From Vulcanimicrobiales bacterium (lineage in GTDB: Bacteria > Vulcanimicrobiota > Vulcanimicrobiia > Vulcanimicrobiales > Vulcanimicrobiaceae), in contig JBBQQR010000004.1 in assembly GCA_038215615.1 (NCBI GenBank), forward strand, positions 64,001 to 128,000: 64,000 nucleotides of DNA, in the 5' to 3' direction. The position numbers and the translations under genes were made by a program. How positions within the stretch are numbered: the stretch's first letter is position 1; each line of letters opens with the position of its first letter. Shown piece by piece: positions 48,036 through 58,029 of the stretch. A model generated the notes under the pieces. It was given only the letters and a program-made list of their open reading frames with translations, made no database searches and was not told the DNA's origin.

Positions 48036-48923
48036 TTAGGCGAAGGAGGGACTCCAAGCCGTCGCCGCTACCAGCGAGCTGACGATCGCGCGGCTCGCCG
48101 GCGATTTGTTGAGCGTGTAGAAATGAATGCCCGGCGCTCCGCGCCGCAGCAAGTCGGCACATTGAAGCGTCGCAAAAGCGACGCCCAAATCTTCTACGGC
48201 CTTGGGTTCGGATTTTCGCTCTTCGAGCTCGACGAGGAGCTTCGGCGGAATCGTCGCTCCGCACAAGGCGATAAAGCGCGTGATCTGTTCGTAGTTCGTG
48301 ATAGGCATGATGCCGGGCAGAATCGGAACTCCGACGCCAGCGGCACGCGCGCGGTCGACAAACGCAAAGTATTTGTCGTTGTCGAAAAAAAGCTGCGTGA
48401 TGAGAAACTCCGCCCCCGCGTTAACCTTTATGCGCAGATGCTCGACATCCGTTTCGAAATCGGGCGCTTCGATATGCTTTTCGGGATGGCACGCTGCACC
48501 GACGCAAAAATCAAAATTGCGCTTGATCATCGTCACCAGCTCGTCGGCGTGTGCGAAACCGCCGGGCGGCTGCACGAAAGTCGCGTCGCGCGGCGGATCG
48601 CCCCGGAGCGCGAGCACGTTATCGATGCCGGCCGCCTCGAGGTCGCTGAGCAGGGAACGCAAATCGGCGCGCGAGCTTCCGACACAGGTGACGTGCGCCA
48701 TGACGTTAAGGCCGACGTCGTTGCGGATCTGCTTGGAGACTTCGACGGTGCGCGAACGCGTCGATCCGCCGGCGCCGTAGGTTACCGAAACAAACGCCGG
48801 CCGCAGCTCGCGCAGCGTATGTGCGGTTTCCAGAAGCTGTGCGTGCGCTTCGTCGTTCTTGGGAGGAAAGAACTCGAACGAAAAAAACGGCCGTTGCGCC
48901 GCCAGCGCGTCGCTGATTCGCAT
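48036..48923 (-). CDS. metF: methylenetetrahydrofolate reductase
   Basis: SFEFFPPK, VTYGAGG, LRGDPP, ITQLFFD and HFYTLN motifs. Confidence 0.96.
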   Translation of the reverse strand: MRISDALAAQRPFFSFEFFPPKNDEAHAQLLETAHTLRELRPAFVSVTYGAGGSTRSRTVEVSKQIRNDVGLNVMAHVTCVGSSRADLRSLLSDLEAAGIDNVLALRGDPPRDATFVQPPGGFAHADELVTMIKRNFDFCVGAACHPEKHIEAPDFETDVEHLRIKVNAGAEFLITQLFFDNDKYFAFVDRARAAGVGVPILPGIMPITNYEQITRFIALCGATIPPKLLVELEERKSEPKAVEDLGVAFATLQCADLLRRGAPGIHFYTLNKSPASRAIVSSLVAATAWSPSFA

Positions 48924-49024
48924 GAACTGCTCTTAACGAAAGCTCTCGGCGACGCCTCTACCAAGTTCCCAGTTTGTCAGGGCATGGTAGCAGTTGGTAA
49001 AGGCTACGCGTCCGCGGGTGCAAG

Positions 49025-50647
49025 TCATAGTTGCCGAACCGTACGATAGCGCCCGTCGTCGAAATGCGCCGCCGGTTTCGCGTAGAGCCTGGCGTTGGCC
49101 AAATCGAAGGTTAGGACGAAATTCTTGAGCACGCCCAAACCGATATTGCCGGCGGCGAAGCGGTCGGCGAATGCGCCTTGGGTGCCAAGCATAACATTGG
49201 CATAGTTGTTAAAAAAGCGGTACGGTCCGATGTCGAGCTCGTCAACGATCGCGCCCACGGCACTGGCCGATCCACCGACGCCCATGTTGTTGGCGAACCG
49301 TCCGCCGGCGTACTCGATCAGGCCGGCGTGCGCGCGGATGAACGGGCTATACACGAGCAGCTCATTGCCGTTGCCCGTATCGATGACGAAGCGCCCGTTC
49401 GTGCCGTTGACCTTGGCCTGAAGCTCGACGAGTTCGCGATCGCTATCGACGCTGAAACTCGTGCCTTCGGATTTCAGCGAACCGGGTTTTGCAAACGTCA
49501 TCGTCTGCGCGTCGGGATCGACCCGGATTTCGGCCGTTGCGAAAAACGGGTAGCCGAGGATGCCGTCGATAGGCTGCGCGCCCGTGACTCCGCGCAAGTC
49601 GAGTACGGTCACCATCCGAACCGGCAGCGCGACGCCGCCGATGTAAATCGAATCCAACGCCGCAACACCAAGACCACCCGTGCGTTGCGCGCCCGCAACT
49701 TCGAGCTGCCCTTGCGGCGTCAGCCCGGCTTCCTTGGCAACATGCGCGTCGAGCACGACCGCTTGCGCGCCGCTGTCCAAAAGAAACGTGTATTCGCGCC
49801 CCAAAATCTTCAGCCGCACGTAGTCGTGACCATCGTGCACTTCCAGCGGCACGGTAACCGGCACGTCGGTCTGCACGGTTGGAGCTTCGGGCAGCGTGAA
49901 GATACCGGCTGCAATCGGCCGGTCGATGATGACGTTGACCGTTGCGCGCGTCAGATCGAAGGCGTGGTCGCCGTTTGACTCGACCGAGCGCTGCGCGATC
50001 AGTACTCCTGCGAAGAGGCGGTAGTCGTGGTAGTCCTGGGTGTCGGTTCCGTCCGTGTCGTCGTACGCGACCCGATCGAGCATGGAGGTCTTTCGATCGA
50101 GATAGATCGTTTCGGGCTGTCCTTGCGGCGGAGCGACGGAGATCGCAAAGACGTCGCGGCCGTCCGGGAGCTGCGCAGGTCCCAAGAACCGGTCGTATAG
50201 CGGCTCGGTCACGAAGCGATCGCCTTCGATGAAATCCTCGGTGCGCTGGCGCTCCAAAAGCAGTCCCCGGAGTTCTCGAATCGCGCCGTTCTCGTTGACA
50301 GCGTACTCCCGGCCGCCCAGACGCAGATTTGATTCACGGCGGACGCCGGTTTTCTCGTCGTAACGCTGATCGCCGCCGGAGCGCCAGCTATGAAAAATTC
50401 CTTGCAGCGCGGCGCCGCTCACCATGCCGACCACCTCGACCGAATGCGCATCGCGGACGTGCATCGCGGCGATTGCCGCTTTGCGCGCTGCAAGGACGCT
50501 GGTAAGGTCAGGCACGGACTGGGCGCGCGCCGCAACCGGCAAGGCAAGCGTCGCGGCGCAGAACGCGACGAGCAGTTTGTTACGGCCGCAGTCTATAGCG
50601 GCGGTAGCTCTCCAGGACGTTTTCGACGTACGCGCGTGTTTCTGCAT
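49025..50647 (-). CDS. secreted aspartyl protease with two retropepsin-like domains (start uncertain)
   Basis: FLLDSGA, DGILG, FVIDTGN and GNIG motifs; signal-like [19 protein letters not shown]. Confidence 0.8.
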   Translation of the reverse strand: MQKHARTSKTSWRATAAIDCGRNKLLVAFCAATLALPVAARAQSVPDLTSVLAARKAAIAAMHVRDAHSVEVVGMVSGAALQGIFHSWRSGGDQRYDEKTGVRRESNLRLGGREYAVNENGAIRELRGLLLERQRTEDFIEGDRFVTEPLYDRFLGPAQLPDGRDVFAISVAPPQGQPETIYLDRKTSMLDRVAYDDTDGTDTQDYHDYRLFAGVLIAQRSVESNGDHAFDLTRATVNVIIDRPIAAGIFTLPEAPTVQTDVPVTVPLEVHDGHDYVRLKILGREYTFLLDSGAQAVVLDAHVAKEAGLTPQGQLEVAGAQRTGGLGVAALDSIYIGGVALPVRMVTVLDLRGVTGAQPIDGILGYPFFATAEIRVDPDAQTMTFAKPGSLKSEGTSFSVDSDRELVELQAKVNGTNGRFVIDTGNGNELLVYSPFIRAHAGLIEYAGGRFANNMGVGGSASAVGAIVDELDIGPYRFFNNYANVMLGTQGAFADRFAAGNIGLGVLKNFVLTFDLANARLYAKPAAHFDDGRYRTVRQL

Positions 50648-50717
50648 AAGGCGGGACGCCGCCATACTTCTCGACGGCACCCGGACCTGCATTGTAGGCG
50701 GCTATGGCCTCGGAGTG
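50580..50717 (-). pseudogene. C-terminal fragment of a lytic transglycosylase (SLT domain)
   Basis: [31 protein letters not shown]; catalytic ES and GLMQ motifs absent. Confidence 0.75.
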
Positions 50718-50742
50718 TAAAGGCCGGGCACGTAACATGTTA

Positions 50743-50777
50743 GCCGCATGGCCTCCGCCACATCCAGGCCATGCGGC
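50743..50777. other. 12-bp inverted repeat near the SLT truncation point
   Basis: GCCGCATGGCCT-11nt-AGGCCATGCGGC. Confidence 0.7.
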
Positions 50778-50804
50778 GACCGTCAGGTTCAACCAGCTAC
50801 AAAA

Positions 50805-51881
50805 TCACTGCGCCGAGAGCGGTAGCCCGCCTCGATCCAATGGAATGGTGATGAGCAACTGCGTCACTTCGCTGTAATTGCGCACGCCCGAGGCGACGCG
50901 ATTGGACTTCAGGTAATTATTGTACATCCGCCAGGAAAAGCGGGAGAAATCAATGTTGACGAAGCGCGCGTTGCGTTGGCGCAGAGCTTCGAAATCTTGC
51001 CAGACTTCGGGCGCGAACATCTTGTGCGGATACTTTTGCAGCGGGGGCAGATACAAGAATACTTCGAGCCAGCCCGAGTACTGCGCAACGGTGTCGGAAT
51101 CGCGCATGCAGGTCAGCGCCGCGATGTAATTGGCTTCGTCCTCGCGATTGTAGCCGGCGACGTGACTCCATTCATGCGCTTGTGAAAACGGGCGCTCAAA
51201 CCACAAGAGATCGGGTGCGAGCTGAGTCTCGAGCGTGAACGGATTGATGAAGCCACTGGTGCCGTTCTTGTCCATGAAAAATCCGGCCAGCGTCGGTTTG
51301 GCTGCACCCACCTCGGGCGTCCAGCGATCGCCCAGCCGTTGCACCACCGGCAGCCATGCGTTGCGAAGGAGTTCGAACGCCAGCGCTTCACCGCGCGGGG
51401 CGTTATCGTTGAGCGCGTGCGCCGGGCGCGCGAGCCGGTTGAGTTCGGCAATGGCCCGGCCGCGCAGGGCGTCAACGTTGCCCGCCGTTAAGCGTGAACG
51501 GTCGTAGGCGACGCGACTCTGCAGCGGCGCGCGGTCGTAACCCCAGCCCCATCCGCCATAAAACCAGAGCGCATACATTCCCGCGACTCCGGCAATCCCG
51601 AAAAGCATGCGCAGCATCGGCACACCGAAGCGTCCGCGCCGCATGCGTTCGATGTTGCGCCATATTTTGACGATCACCACGACCGCGCCGGCCGCGATCA
51701 CCACGTCGCCGAGCGAAAACGGAAGCGCCGGCGTGAATGATCCCCAAAAGTTCTCCCACTTGGGATACCAGCCGTTGCTGAACGCGCTTTCGACCCACGC
51801 CGGCGACGGATGCCAGAGCGCGGCAAAGAGTCCCGCTACGATCAGCAGCGCGTCGGCGAAAAGTTGTACGCGGAGTCTTAG
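50805..51881 (-). CDS. DUF3810-like membrane zinc-peptidase-motif protein (no canonical start at the conserved N-terminus)
   Basis: [14 protein letters not shown]...[15 protein letters not shown] and AHEWSH..G..REDEANY motifs; frame open to 51881 but first GTG at 51704. Confidence 0.8.
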   Translation of the reverse strand, partial: LRLRVQLFADALLIVAGLFAALWHPSPAWVESAFSNGWYPKWENFWGSFTPALPFSLGDVVIAAGAVVVIVKIWRNIERMRRGRFGVPMLRMLFGIAGVAGMYALWFYGGWGWGYDRAPLQSRVAYDRSRLTAGNVDALRGRAIAELNRLARPAHALNDNAPRGEALAFELLRNAWLPVVQRLGDRWTPEVGAAKPTLAGFFMDKNGTSGFINPFTLETQLAPDLLWFERPFSQAHEWSHVAGYNREDEANYIAALTCMRDSDTVAQYSGWLEVFLYLPPLQKYPHKMFAPEVWQDFEALRQRNARFVNIDFSRFSWRMYNNYLKSNRVASGVRNYSEVTQLLITIPLDRGGLPLSAQ

Positions 51882-52267
51882 CGTTTGCTAAATTGGAAGC
51901 GCTTGCGGGCGCGTTTGCGGCCGTACTTCTTCGACTCTTTTTCGCGATCGTCGCGCGTCAAGAGGCCGGCTTTGCGCAAAATTTCGCGCAGTGATTCATC
52001 CATTTGCACCAGCGCGCGGGCGATGCCGTGCCGCAGCGCGCCGGCTTGGCCGGACGTGCCGCCGCCCTCGACCTTGACGTCGATGTTGAAGCGCGTCAGG
52101 CTTTGCGTGGCTTCGAGCGGCTGCTTCACGATTTGCTGCAGCGTCTGGCGAGTAAAATATTCTTCGAGCGGGCGTTTGTTGACGGTGATCTTGCCTTCGC
52201 CCAGCGCGAGTCTCACGCGCGCGACGGAACGTTTACGCCGTCCAGTCCCTAGGAAGTTATCGTTCAA
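51878..52267 (-). CDS. rpsI: 30S ribosomal protein S9
   Basis: [19 protein letters not shown] and [15 protein letters not shown] C-terminus. Confidence 0.98.
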   Translation of the reverse strand: MNDNFLGTGRRKRSVARVRLALGEGKITVNKRPLEEYFTRQTLQQIVKQPLEATQSLTRFNIDVKVEGGGTSGQAGALRHGIARALVQMDESLREILRKAGLLTRDDREKESKKYGRKRARKRFQFSKR

Positions 52268-52689
52268 GGCAGCTCCTGCGGTTTTTGCGCTTCGTGCGAA
52301 TGCGTCGCACCGGTATACACTTTTAAACGGCCTAGGCGGACGTCGCGCAATCTATTGGTGGGCAGCATGCCGCGCACCGCGCGTTCGATCAAGCGTTCCG
52401 GATGTTTGTCCATCAGGTCGCGCGCGGTCTGCAGTTTCAGGCCGCCGGGATAACCGCTGTGGCGGTAATACACTTTTTGGTCCCACTTGTTGCCGCCCAG
52501 CTCGACCTTCTCGGCGTTGAGCACGATCACGAAATCGCCGTCATCGATGTGCGGCGTCCAGGTCGGCTTGTGTTTGCCCGCAAGGACGCGCGAAATACGC
52601 ACGGCGAGAGTGCCGAGACGCTGGCCCGCGGCGTCGACGATGTACCAATCGTGCTTCGTCTCCGCGGTCTTCTGCTGGTACGTGCGCAT
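52264..52689 (-). CDS. rplM: 50S ribosomal protein L13
   Basis: [27 protein letters not shown] and AVRGMLP motifs. Confidence 0.97.
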   Translation of the reverse strand: MRTYQQKTAETKHDWYIVDAAGQRLGTLAVRISRVLAGKHKPTWTPHIDDGDFVIVLNAEKVELGGNKWDQKVYYRHSGYPGGLKLQTARDLMDKHPERLIERAVRGMLPTNRLRDVRLGRLKVYTGATHSHEAQKPQELP

Positions 52690-52823
52690 GGTCTTCCTTA
52701 TAAGCGTGGGCAACCGACCTACTATACGCGGAGCCCGCCGCACCCGTCAAGCATGATTAAGGCCACGTCAGACTTTCGCATAGCCAAAAGGCGGCCGCCT
52801 GCCTCCATGAAAAAGAGATTAGA

Positions 52824-53654
52824 ATGAAGCATCGGATCGTCGGTGGTATAGCCGCTGCCTTTTTTGCCTGTTCGGCCCTGGCCATGGCCGTCGACAAGCC
52901 GGCCCCCAAGGGGCCTCCCATCGGGTCGATCTGCGACGAGTCCCTGAGGTCGATTGCCAATACCACCCACGCCCGGGCGACGCCCTGCGTCGTGACGCGC
53001 GGTCACATGGTCATCGAGACGATGTACTATCAGAATGCCTCGCGCGAAGGCGGAACGGCCCTGGCGGCCTACCCCGAGGCCACCTTCCGCGTGGGGGTCA
53101 GTCCGCGCCTCGAGCTGTTCGTGGACGCGCCCTCCGACATCGCCAAATCCGGAACTCATGGCGATGGCATCTTCTATTTCACCCACCCGGGCGTCGGTCT
53201 GAAAGCCTTGCTTTCAAGCAGCAGCACCTTCGCTTCGAGCCTCTCGCTCGAGACCCGGCCTCAGCTGCACGCGCTCGCCCACATGAGCCTGCTGCCGATG
53301 GCGGATGCCACGCTGACCGCTTCGTGGATGCCGCGCCGTTCAAACGTGATTATCACCGGGCAAGCGGGCGCATTCTGGTTCCAGCAGCGCGGAATGGGTC
53401 ACGAGCAAAAAATGGCCGCGACGTTTGCGCTCGGGGTCACCGCGCCGATCATGCGCAAGACGTGGCTCACGCTGCAACTGCGGAGTTTTTCGATAGCCGC
53501 ATTACATTCGTCGGCGCAAAGTTCGGGGACGCTAAGTCTGCAGCATGAAATCGGCCGTAACGTGTTGGCGAATGTGCAGCTCGGCACGGCTTTTAACGCC
53601 GCCAGGCATTCCAAGGCGCATTATCTCGGCCTCGGTTTCACCATCCGGCGCTAA
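52824..53654 (+). CDS. secreted/outer-membrane beta-barrel-like protein
   Basis: Signal peptide; alternating beta-strand pattern ending YLGLGFTIRR. Confidence 0.6.
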   Translation: MKHRIVGGIAAAFFACSALAMAVDKPAPKGPPIGSICDESLRSIANTTHARATPCVVTRGHMVIETMYYQNASREGGTALAAYPEATFRVGVSPRLELFVDAPSDIAKSGTHGDGIFYFTHPGVGLKALLSSSSTFASSLSLETRPQLHALAHMSLLPMADATLTASWMPRRSNVIITGQAGAFWFQQRGMGHEQKMAATFALGVTAPIMRKTWLTLQLRSFSIAALHSSAQSSGTLSLQHEIGRNVLANVQLGTAFNAARHSKAHYLGLGFTIRR

Positions 53655-54420
53655 TCGGCGGCTCTCCGAACGAGTCGAACCCGTCCGCGTAACGCACGCC
53701 CGCTAAATACAGACCTTGAGGCGGCGCTGTCATGCCCGTCGCGGAACGATCGAGCGACGCCAGCGCCGGCGCAATGCCGGCCGGATCGCGCTTTCCGGTT
53801 CCACACTCAACCAGCGTTCCAACGATGTTGCGGGCCATGCGGTGCAAATATCCGTCGGCGCGAATTTCAATGCGCAGCAAATCACCGTTGCGGCGAATAT
53901 CGATCGCGCGAATCGTTCGCAGCGTCGGACCGCTCTCGGGGAGCATGCCGCAAAACGAGCGAAAATCGTGCTCGCCGATCAGCGGCGCCGCAGCCGCCTT
54001 CATCGCTGCGACGTCGAGCGGCGGCCAGACGTGACACACATGGCGCGCGTACAGCGGCGAGCGCTCGCGCCGGTTTAGAATAATGTAGACGTACGTGCGC
54101 TCCAGCGCCGAAAAACGCGCGGAGAAGCCGGCCGGCGCTATGCCGGCATCGCGTATGGAAAGATCGGGGGGCAATTCGGTATTCGCTGCGAGCGTCAAGC
54201 GCTCGAACGGAAACGACGCCGCGGTTCTTAGCGAAACAACCTGTCCGGTCGCATGAACGCCCGTGTCAGTGCGGCCCGCCCCCGTGACTTTCACGGTGTT
54301 TGCAAAGAGGGTTGAAAAAACTCGCTCGAGTTCGCCCGCGATCGTGCGCAGCTCGGGTTGAAATTGGAAGCCGGAAAAAGCAGAGCCGTCGTACTCGACG
54401 ACGGCTCTGATAGTCGTTAG
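53638..54420 (-). CDS. truA: tRNA pseudouridine(38-40) synthase (apparent non-canonical start)
   Basis: VEYDGSAFSGFQ, AGRTDTGVHATGQ, GEHDFRSF, MARNIVG and TAPPQGLYL motifs. Confidence 0.95.
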   Translation of the reverse strand, partial: LTTIRAVVEYDGSAFSGFQFQPELRTIAGELERVFSTLFANTVKVTGAGRTDTGVHATGQVVSLRTAASFPFERLTLAANTELPPDLSIRDAGIAPAGFSARFSALERTYVYIILNRRERSPLYARHVCHVWPPLDVAAMKAAAAPLIGEHDFRSFCGMLPESGPTLRTIRAIDIRRNGDLLRIEIRADGYLHRMARNIVGTLVECGTGKRDPAGIAPALASLDRSATGMTAPPQGLYLAGVRYADGFDSFGEPPISAGW

Positions 54421-54848
54421 GCTGCGCGGCGCGGGACCTGGCGTTTCTCGTCCAGATCCAGCAAGTCGGCCCAGGTCGTTACGTCGGTCCGGTCCAGCGC
54501 CACTTGGTTGCGCAGGCCCAGGAAGTATGTCTTCGACTCGCCCTCGGGCTCGTGACTCACGCATTGCCGGTTCCACTGCTCGATTTGAGCGGGCGTCTTT
54601 TTGTCGACGAACTGCTTGGCGTAGGCATCGATCTCCGCATCGCTCTTGGCGTTCTTGATGACGTTGTAGAATTCTTCACCGTTGATGCCGAGAAATTCGA
54701 ATACCGCGTGGTCCATCGGGCAGTCGAAGTGGTATTCTCCGACGTTGCCGTGGGCTGTGGCTTTGCCCTTATCGAGGGCGCGACCCAGCTGCACGATGCC
54801 CAGGTATTTTTCGTGCACGCTGCGGGGGTACGTTTTTGTTAAATCCAT
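54417..54848 (-). CDS. DUF5069-like protein
   Basis: DLTK.YPRS, GEYHFDCPMD and DLLDLDE motifs. Confidence 0.8.
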   Translation of the reverse strand: MDLTKTYPRSVHEKYLGIVQLGRALDKGKATAHGNVGEYHFDCPMDHAVFEFLGINGEEFYNVIKNAKSDAEIDAYAKQFVDKKTPAQIEQWNRQCVSHEPEGESKTYFLGLRNQVALDRTDVTTWADLLDLDEKRQVPRRAA

Positions 54849-54915
54849 GGCCCTTATAACCCGACTTACTTAAAGTAGGTTTCAGGCAGAGCTCGCCGGC
54901 TGCTCCCTATGTGGC

Positions 54916-55782
54916 TTACTGCGAGAGAGGGACGGTGAAGACGTCGGGCGGGATCGAACGCGGATAGCTGATGCCGTCTAGGGTAAAGCGCCAGATGCCA
55001 TGGTGCGTCGATATCCCGAAGAAACGCAGCGTCCCGTCGATTATCCCGTCGGTTAAGGTCCAGTAACCGCCGACGTCGCCAAAGTGCTGTTCCACTATCC
55101 CGTGAAAGCCGAAGGCGTCGCGAACCCCGTAGCGCAGCATGCAGAACTCTTGCGTCTGGACGTTGATGATGACATCGCTGAGCTGATGCTGCGGCGCGCG
55201 ATCGCGCGCGACCAGATGAAGGGCGTGTCCCGGACTGCCGTTCGGGCAGGCCTGGGCCCCGCGCTCCTCCAGTCGGTAGATCGTCGGACCCATCACATGT
55301 ATGGCCGCAATCTGGCGCAGGGACGATGGCTCTTGAGGCACGGGCGTGGCGCCGGCCGAAACTGGCTGCTCGACGTCTTGGTAGTTCAGCATGCCGTCAC
55401 GCAAGGCACGATATGTACCATACCATGTCGGATCGAAAAACGAACGGGCGGTAACGTAACGCTTTCCATTCTCGTCGATAATCTCGGTTGCGTAGTCGTC
55501 CGTACGGTGGCGCAGTTGCCACGCACTCGGCCCGCTGCCGCTTCCGATCCCAAGCCAAACGAAATGATTTCTTACGAAAAGTTTCACGGGCAGGCCATCG
55601 TCTTGCGAATGCAGCGTCGAACTTTCAAATGCCGGCTGCGCACGAGACGACGTTGCCTTCACGGCCGCGAGGTAGAGACTCTCGGCTGCGGAGGGCGGGT
55701 CCGCTTGCGCGCGCGTTGCGGAGATGAAAATAGCCGTTAACAGCAACGCGAACGCAACAAAGACGGCCGGGGTTCTCAGCAT
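54916..55782 (-). CDS. secreted hypothetical protein
   Basis: GGAG RBS, signal peptide, two Cys. Confidence 0.7.
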   Translation of the reverse strand: MLRTPAVFVAFALLLTAIFISATRAQADPPSAAESLYLAAVKATSSRAQPAFESSTLHSQDDGLPVKLFVRNHFVWLGIGSGSGPSAWQLRHRTDDYATEIIDENGKRYVTARSFFDPTWYGTYRALRDGMLNYQDVEQPVSAGATPVPQEPSSLRQIAAIHVMGPTIYRLEERGAQACPNGSPGHALHLVARDRAPQHQLSDVIINVQTQEFCMLRYGVRDAFGFHGIVEQHFGDVGGYWTLTDGIIDGTLRFFGISTHHGIWRFTLDGISYPRSIPPDVFTVPLSQ

Positions 55783-55914
55783 GTCTCCAATACGATTGCC
55801 GGCTCCGAAATGTTCCGCGAGTTAATGGCCCAGGGGAAAGGAAAGCGCGTCGACTGGCCAGGCACGTTCCGGTTCGTCAAACGTCCTGTCAAAAGCCGAG
55901 ATGTATTTGCAATC

Positions 55915-57456
55915 TCAGCGAACGCCGCTCCCGTGCTGACGCTGGAGCGGAAAAAGTAAGACGTCTTTGATGCTCGGCTGATTGGTCAGCAGCATCACGA
56001 GGCGGTCCATCCCGATCCCGATGCCGGCCGTTGGCGGCATGCCGTACTCGAGCGCGCGCACGAAATCCCAATCGGGTTCGGGAATCTCTTCGTCGCCGGC
56101 CGAGCGTTGTTTGATTTGGCTTTCGAAGCGGGCGCGCTGATCATCGGGATCGTTGAGCTCGGTGAAGGCATTACTTATTTCGGCGTTGGCAATGAACAAT
56201 TCGTACCGGTCGGTGATCTCGGAATCGTCTTGCCGCCGCTTGGCCAGCGGCGAGATCGCGACCGGGTAGCCGGTCACGAAGGTGGGCTCGTACAAGTGCG
56301 GCTCGGCGACGCGTTCGAAGATCTTGTCAAGCGCGTGCGCGTGCGAGGGCGACTCGGGCAAACCCAGCGCGGTGAGTATCGCCGCCGCGCCCTTGGGGTC
56401 GAGTAATTGCTCGCGCAGTTCCTTTCTTGAGCCTGTCCTGAGCCCCGCCGAAGGGCCATGCTCGCGAATCAGTTCCAAGTACTCGATGCGCTTGAACGGA
56501 CGCTTGAATGAGAGCGTCTTGCCGCCGGCTGGCACTTCGTCTTTGCCGCCCGTCATGACGTCGACCAGATGCGCGATTAGCGCTTCGTTAAACTCGCGCA
56601 TGTCGTTGACGTCCCAGTACGCGGCGTACAGTTCGAGCATCGTGAATTCGGGATTGTGAACCGGATCGATGCCTTCGTTGCGGAAGATGCGGCCGATCTC
56701 GTAAACCCGCTCGAAGCCGCCGACGATCAAGCGCTTGAGATTCAGTTCGGTCGCAATGCGCAACTGCATCATTTGGTCGAGCGCGTTGACGTGCGTCACG
56801 AAGGGGCGCGCGGCCGCGCCGCCGGCGACGTGCAGCAGCGTCGGTGTTTCGACTTCGTAGAAGCCTTGCGCGTCGATGAAGCGTCGCGTTTCGGCGAGAA
56901 TCTTGCTGCGTGCGAAAAACACCTCGCGCACTTCGGGATTCACGATCAAATCCACGTAGCGCTGGCGGTAACGCTTCTCAACGTCGGTCAGCCCATGCCA
57001 CTTGTCGGGCAGCGGATACATCGCCTTAGCGAGCACGTCGAACTTGAGCACATGCAGCGAGAGCTCGCCTTTTTGCGATCTGAACATGTAGCCGTGCACG
57101 CCGACGATGTCGCCGATGTCGAGCACCGTCCAATCGGCAAATTTCTCGTCGCCGACTTCGTCGCGGCGCACGTAGAGCTGGAGCTTGCTGGTGCGGTCCG
57201 CGAGATCGGCAAAGGCGGTCTTGCCGTGCGGCCGCTGCGACATCAAGCGGCCGGCGATCGACCAGTTCTCGCTCTCGGCTTTTTCGCCGGTAGACAGAAA
57301 ATCGTACTTGGCGAGCAGCTCGCCGGCGTTGGTATCGACGGCGTAACGCGTTTGCGCGAACGGGTCCGCTCCGTGCGAACGCAAAACGGCCAGATTTTCA
57401 CGTCTGGCCGCTACGAGTGCTTCTTCCGTCTTGCCGAGTTCGCGGGAGTCCGTGCT
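55915..57456 (-). CDS. lysS: lysine--tRNA ligase (class II); start uncertain
   Basis: LPDKWHGL, RYRQRYVDL, GGAAARPF, FRNEG and YGMPPTAGIGIG.DRL motifs; first canonical start TTG 57384, frame open to the greA stop. Confidence 0.96.
   Translation of the reverse strand, partial: STDSRELGKTEEALVAARRENLAVLRSHGADPFAQTRYAVDTNAGELLAKYDFLSTGEKAESENWSIAGRLMSQRPHGKTAFADLADRTSKLQLYVRRDEVGDEKFADWTVLDIGDIVGVHGYMFRSQKGELSLHVLKFDVLAKAMYPLPDKWHGLTDVEKRYRQRYVDLIVNPEVREVFFARSKILAETRRFIDAQGFYEVETPTLLHVAGGAAARPFVTHVNALDQMMQLRIATELNLKRLIVGGFERVYEIGRIFRNEGIDPVHNPEFTMLELYAAYWDVNDMREFNEALIAHLVDVMTGGKDEVPAGGKTLSFKRPFKRIEYLELIREHGPSAGLRTGSRKELREQLLDPKGAAAILTALGLPESPSHAHALDKIFERVAEPHLYEPTFVTGYPVAISPLAKRRQDDSEITDRYELFIANAEISNAFTELNDPDDQRARFESQIKQRSAGDEEIPEPDWDFVRALEYGMPPTAGIGIGMDRLVMLLTNQPSIKDVLLFPLQRQHGSGVR
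56429..56455 (-). repeat. REP-like element inside lysS
   Basis: Minus strand CCCTTCGGCGGGGCTCAGGACAGGCTC, encoding (G)PSAGLRTGS. Confidence 0.75.
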
Positions 57457-57969
57457 CTAACTCGCTTTCTTCGCGGCCTTCTTCGCCGGCGTTCCCCGCC
57501 GGATGCTTTCAATCTTGTATTTCACGATGCCCCGCGGCGTGGCCACGTCGACCGTCTCGCCCTTCTTGTGGCCGATGAGCGCGCGTCCCAACGGGGATTC
57601 GTTGCTGATGCGCTGATTCACGGGGTCGGCCTCGGCCGAACCCACGATCCAGAACTCATGGCCGGAGTTCGATTTGACGTCCTTGACCTTGACCGTGGCG
57701 CCCAGGTGCACTTCGTCGGCCGAATAGTCCGACTCGTCGATCAGACGAGCGTTGCGAACCATCGACTCCAACTTCATGATGCGGCCTTCGATGAACGCCT
57801 GCTCCTGCTTGGCGTCTTCGTACTCCGCGTTTTCACTCAGGTCGCCGAACTCTTTGGCCTGCCGGATCCGGTTATTGACCTCACGGCGATGAACGCTCTT
57901 GAGCTCGTCGAGCTCGTGCTCCATCTTTTCCAGGCCCTCTTTGGTGAGGACGACTTCTTTATCGTTCAT
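57457..57969 (-). CDS. greA: transcription elongation factor GreA
   Basis: LTKEG, GDLSENAEYEDAK and ISNESPLGRALIG motifs. Confidence 0.97.
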   Translation of the reverse strand: MNDKEVVLTKEGLEKMEHELDELKSVHRREVNNRIRQAKEFGDLSENAEYEDAKQEQAFIEGRIMKLESMVRNARLIDESDYSADEVHLGATVKVKDVKSNSGHEFWIVGSAEADPVNQRISNESPLGRALIGHKKGETVDVATPRGIVKYKIESIRRGTPAKKAAKKAS

Positions 57970-58029
57970 ACTTCCCCGGCGGCCAGTGATAAGGAAAGCG
58001 CCCCCATGCAGGGCGCCAGCGCCGTTGGT

